Shown piece by piece: positions 26,769 to 30,390 of a DNA stretch of 30,390 nucleotides. Made by a program: the position numbers and the translations under genes. Where the stretch lies: contig CAMBQS010000001.1 of NCBI GenBank assembly GCA_945870015.1, forward strand, positions 1-30,390, written 5' to 3'. Numbering within the stretch: the first letter of the stretch is position 1; each line of letters opens with the position of its first letter. This DNA comes from Desulfocicer vacuolatum DSM 3385. GTDB taxonomy: Bacteria; Desulfobacterota; Desulfobacteria; Desulfobacterales; SURF-7. The notes under the pieces are model-generated. The model was not told the DNA's origin and did not search any database. It saw only the letters and a list, made by a program, of their open reading frames with translations.

Positions 26769-28160
26769 GTGCTTCAACGAATCGCTGAACTTTATCTGCA
26801 TGTCTGGTATCGGAAAGAACGCCGAAAGCCGCTGGTGCTCAGGGGCGCCCGCCAGGTCGGCAAATCCACCCTGGTGCGTAAATTTGCGCAAAATCATAGT
26901 CTGATTTTAAACGAGATCAACCTGGAACAGCATTTGTATCTGGACACGATTTTCAAGTCTTTGGATATGGATGATATTATCCGGGAGCTGGACGCCCTGG
27001 TGGGAAGGAACATCAACACACCCGGTTCTGTTTTGTTTCTGGATGAAATTCAGGCCACGCCGCATGCCATCCAGGCGTTGCGATATTTTTATGAAAATCG
27101 GCCGGATCTTCCGGTCATTTGCGCCGGCTCCCTGCTGGAATTTGTTCTGGCGGACCTTCATTTTTCCATGCCGGTGGGTCGAATCGAATATTATCATCTG
27201 GGACCCATGACTTTCAGGGAATTTTTAACGGCGGTTGAGCCTGGATTGATACCCCATCTTTCCGGGTTTCACATGAGTCAGACCATCCCCGTAACCGCGC
27301 ATCAAAAATTGCTCAAACGCCAGCGGGAATATCTGTTTGTGGGCGGCATGCCGGAAGCGGTCAATTCATTTGTGGAAGAAAACGCTTTACCGGAAGTCAC
27401 CGCCATCCATCGTTCCATTGCCGAGACGTATCAGGATGATTTTTCGAAATATACCAAACAAAAAGATCTGGTTTTACTGCAAAAAGTGTTTCGGCAGATC
27501 CCCAGAATTATCGGGCGGAAGGTTAAATACAGCAATATCTCCAAAGAAGACAAATCCCGGGAGGTGAAAGCCGCCATCGACCTGCTGGTCAAGGCCCGTG
27601 TATGTCATCAGGTATTTCACAGTCATTGTTCCGGCGTGCCGCTGATGGCCGATATAAATGAAAATGTCTATAAGCTGCTGTTTATGGATGTGGGCATGGT
27701 TGCCTATCTCTCCGGACTGGATTGGATTGCATTGCAGGCCCTGGATGGACAGGCGCTTGTTAATGAAGGCAGACTGGCGGAACAGTTTGTGGGGCAGCAC
27801 TTGTTGAATCCGTTTGAACCACCCCGGCTGACCTATTGGCTGCGGGAGGAAAAATCCGCCAACGCAGAAGTCGATTATGTCGTAGCAAGTGGGAATCAGG
27901 TTGTTCCAGTGGAAGTCAAAGCCGGTAAGAGCGGTACGCTCAAATCCCTGCAACAGATTGCCGTAAACAAAAATGCCGGTCTGTGCGTGCGTTTCAATCT
28001 CAATCCTCCGAATATTCAGGATGTCACATATGCAGTCCGGACGGGCACCGGTAGTCGCCCCGCATCCTACATGATCTTGTCGCTTCCTTTGTATCTGGTT
28101 GAGGAACTTCCGCGGATATTGGATGAAATGCGATTCCATTTTGTATCGAAGCAATATTGA
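26769..28160 (+). CDS. AAA_14 ATPase with C-terminal DUF4143 (PD-(D/E)XK-like) domain
   Basis: LRGARQVGKS Walker A, LFLDEIQ Walker B, GGMPEAV, KLLFMDVG, EVDYVV...PVEVKAGKSG. GTG 26769 preferred as start. Confidence 0.88.
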   Translation: MLQRIAELYLHVWYRKERRKPLVLRGARQVGKSTLVRKFAQNHSLILNEINLEQHLYLDTIFKSLDMDDIIRELDALVGRNINTPGSVLFLDEIQATPHAIQALRYFYENRPDLPVICAGSLLEFVLADLHFSMPVGRIEYYHLGPMTFREFLTAVEPGLIPHLSGFHMSQTIPVTAHQKLLKRQREYLFVGGMPEAVNSFVEENALPEVTAIHRSIAETYQDDFSKYTKQKDLVLLQKVFRQIPRIIGRKVKYSNISKEDKSREVKAAIDLLVKARVCHQVFHSHCSGVPLMADINENVYKLLFMDVGMVAYLSGLDWIALQALDGQALVNEGRLAEQFVGQHLLNPFEPPRLTYWLREEKSANAEVDYVVASGNQVVPVEVKAGKSGTLKSLQQIAVNKNAGLCVRFNLNPPNIQDVTYAVRTGTGSRPASYMILSLPLYLVEELPRILDEMRFHFVSKQY

Positions 28161-28399
28161 TATCAGAAAGTGTTTATGGTATGTTCTCTGCAATTTTTAG
28201 ACAGGCAGCAGAATCCGTATTGTATCAGAGCATGCTTACCTTCAGAATTGTGAAATGCCTTTGATTTCAAGTCCTTTTCGGTAATACATGCTTGCGCTGT
28301 TGTCTGGTTTTTTTCTGGATTCTCCATACCAGGGATTCGATTTTTTGATTTTGATTAATCAGCGACTTCCCATATATTTATTAAAAACAGGTTTTGATT

Positions 28400-30390
28400 A
28401 TGGAAAAAACAATTGTCCATCAACTGGATTCTCATGCTGTTTTACAGAGGGAGATGGTGTGGAGGAAAAAGGCTGAGGAGGCGTTGCAGGAAAGTGAGGC
28501 CCGGTTCCGGGAGCTTGTTGAAGAAACAGATGTCCTGATCGCAAAACTGGATGGAAATGGGAATTTTATCTACGTGAATCATGTGGCGGAAAGAATTTTT
28601 GGTGTCGGCATGGAGCAGTGTGTCGGCCGATCCATGTTTGAATTTATTCACGCAGAGGATCGGGATAAGGCGATACTTGATTTTCAAGGGTGGATCAGCA
28701 ATCAGGTACGCAATGTGAACTATGAGATACGCCAGATCAATTTCAGCACCAATTCCGTACACCATATGCTTTGGGCTATCAATTTCCGATATGACAAGAA
28801 TCGTCAACTGACCGGTATCAACAGTTTTGCAAGGGATCTGACCGACCGGAAGAAGGCAGAGGAGGAGCTTCGCAAGGCACATGCAAAACTGGAGCAGCAT
28901 GTGAATGAAAGAACCATTGAGCTTCTTCAGGCAAATGAAAAACTGAAAAAAGAGATCGAGGAACGGAACTGGATCGAGAAAGCCCTCCGGGAGAGTGAAG
29001 AGCGATATCGTGCGCTTTTTGAAAACAATCCGATCGAGACTGTTATTGTCGATAATGAATTGCGGATCACCGGTTACAATCTGGCAAAAGGACAATCCGA
29101 CAGCCGGCTGCCGAATATCGGTGATATCATGTATAAGGATTATGCCGGGAAACATAAGATCGACATGCTCCACGAATTAAGGGAGTGTATAAAATCCGGT
29201 GTCCCGAAAGAGTTCACGGATCAGGCGTATTTCGGACGGTTTCTTCATATCCGGATATCTCCTTTTCCCGGCGGTGCGATTATTACCTCTATTGATATCA
29301 CCTACCGAAAACGGGTGGAAGAAGCGCTGCGCGAAAGTGAAAAGCGGTATCGGACACTGGTCGAAACCATACCTCATGGAATTCAGGAGATCACCACAAA
29401 GGGAGTAATAACATTTGCCAATTCCGCGTTATACAATATTTTGGGATACGAAAGCGGGGAGCTGATCGGAAAACCTCTCTTTGATCTTCTGATATCGGAA
29501 AGGGAAAAACAGGAGATGAAAGAATTCCTGGCCACGCTTGTCCGGGAGCAGCCGACCCGTATTCCTTTTCTAAACCGGTGTCTGACTAAAGACGGCCGCA
29601 TCATTAACACACAGTCGGATTGGAATTATAAAAAAGATAAAAACGGAAATATTATTGGTTTTATTTCCATTATCACGGATATTACCAACCGTCTTCGTGC
29701 AGAAGAAGAGAAGATCCGGCTGGAGAAAAAACTCCATCATGTGCAGAAGATGGAAGCCATCGGCACCCTGGCCGGTGGGATTGCCCATGATTTTAACAAT
29801 ATTCTGGGATCGATCATGTTAAATACGGAACTGGCCATTGACGACCTGCCGGAAGACAACAGCTCCATCTATTCTCTGAAGCAGGTTCTGAAGGGAAGTC
29901 ACCGGGCCAAGGATCTTGTTGAGCAGATTCTTACATTCAGCAGGGAATCGGAGATTGAGCGAAAACCCATCCGGATCAATTCCATTGTAAAGGAAACACT
30001 CAGAATGCTGCGTGCAATGCTTCCTGCAACGATTGTCATGCAGCAGGATATCGCGGATGATGTGAGTGTCATTCTTGCGGATTCAACCCAGATTCAGCAA
30101 CTGGTCATCAATCTCTGTAACAATGCTGCGCATGCCATGATCGCAGAAGGAGGAAAACTCAAGGTAAAGGTTGAAGATGTGTATCTGGATGAACCGCTGT
30201 CTCATTCCGATATGCATCCGGGCAGGTATGTCCGGTTATCGGTCAGCGATATGGGATGTGGAATGAAACCGGAAATAAAGGATCGTATTTTTGATCCGTT
30301 TTTTACAACCAAAAGACCGGGAGAGGGAACAGGGCTCGGGTTATCGGTTGTTCATGGCATTGTGATTCATCATGACGGATTTATAACAGT
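28400..30390 (+). CDS. Cytoplasmic 3xPAS sensor histidine kinase, probably hybrid (3' end beyond window)
   Basis: Manual translation from ATG 28400, open to the window end: three PAS-like domains, H-box [17 protein letters not shown]-box [35 protein letters not shown]. Confidence 0.93.
   Translation, partial: MEKTIVHQLDSHAVLQREMVWRKKAEEALQESEARFRELVEETDVLIAKLDGNGNFIYVNHVAERIFGVGMEQCVGRSMFEFIHAEDRDKAILDFQGWISNQVRNVNYEIRQINFSTNSVHHMLWAINFRYDKNRQLTGINSFARDLTDRKKAEEELRKAHAKLEQHVNERTIELLQANEKLKKEIEERNWIEKALRESEERYRALFENNPIETVIVDNELRITGYNLAKGQSDSRLPNIGDIMYKDYAGKHKIDMLHELRECIKSGVPKEFTDQAYFGRFLHIRISPFPGGAIITSIDITYRKRVEEALRESEKRYRTLVETIPHGIQEITTKGVITFANSALYNILGYESGELIGKPLFDLLISEREKQEMKEFLATLVREQPTRIPFLNRCLTKDGRIINTQSDWNYKKDKNGNIIGFISIITDITNRLRAEEEKIRLEKKLHHVQKMEAIGTLAGGIAHDFNNILGSIMLNTELAIDDLPEDNSSIYSLKQVLKGSHRAKDLVEQILTFSRESEIERKPIRINSIVKETLRMLRAMLPATIVMQQDIADDVSVILADSTQIQQLVINLCNNAAHAMIAEGGKLKVKVEDVYLDEPLSHSDMHPGRYVRLSVSDMGCGMKPEIKDRIFDPFFTTKRPGEGTGLGLSVVHGIVIHHDGFIT

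Noticed and set aside
22280-29788. Antisense ORFs over phoR, the AAA ATPase and the PAS kinase (188, 239, 243 aa)
   Set aside because: Shadows of well-supported genes on the opposite strand.

Overview
Bacterial chromosomal window; the gene content (PPDK, rubrerythrin, DUF362, multi-PAS kinase) suggests an anaerobic Desulfobacterales-like deltaproteobacterium (inference). Left end: ppdK (minus strand, runs off the window) diverges from gltX, followed by tRNA-Gln(CUG) and a large membrane/spermidine-synthase-like/TPR fusion gene. About 7.7-15.0 kb is an AT-richer accessory patchwork without an integrase or transposase. It holds four toxin-antitoxin-type loci: DUF6883/DUF4926, a PIN fragment, mazEF and hicAB. 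Three of the four toxins are broken, while their antitoxin/partner genes, where present, are intact. The same region has a secreted beta-carbonic anhydrase, a truncated tag glycosylase and a rubrerythrin + class II photolyase pair. Its non-coding scars include a twice-occurring junction motif, the 5' remnant of a group II intron and long hairpins. Right half: a Tat-exported DUF362 lipoprotein, a complete pstSCAB-phoU-phoB-phoR cluster with an 11-bp-periodic Pho-box-like array, an EamA transporter, a DUF5610-like protein, an AAA_14/DUF4143 ATPase behind a long inverted repeat, and a 3xPAS histidine kinase that runs off the right end. No CRISPR array or rRNA was seen. Family names come from motif recognition by eye, not database searches.
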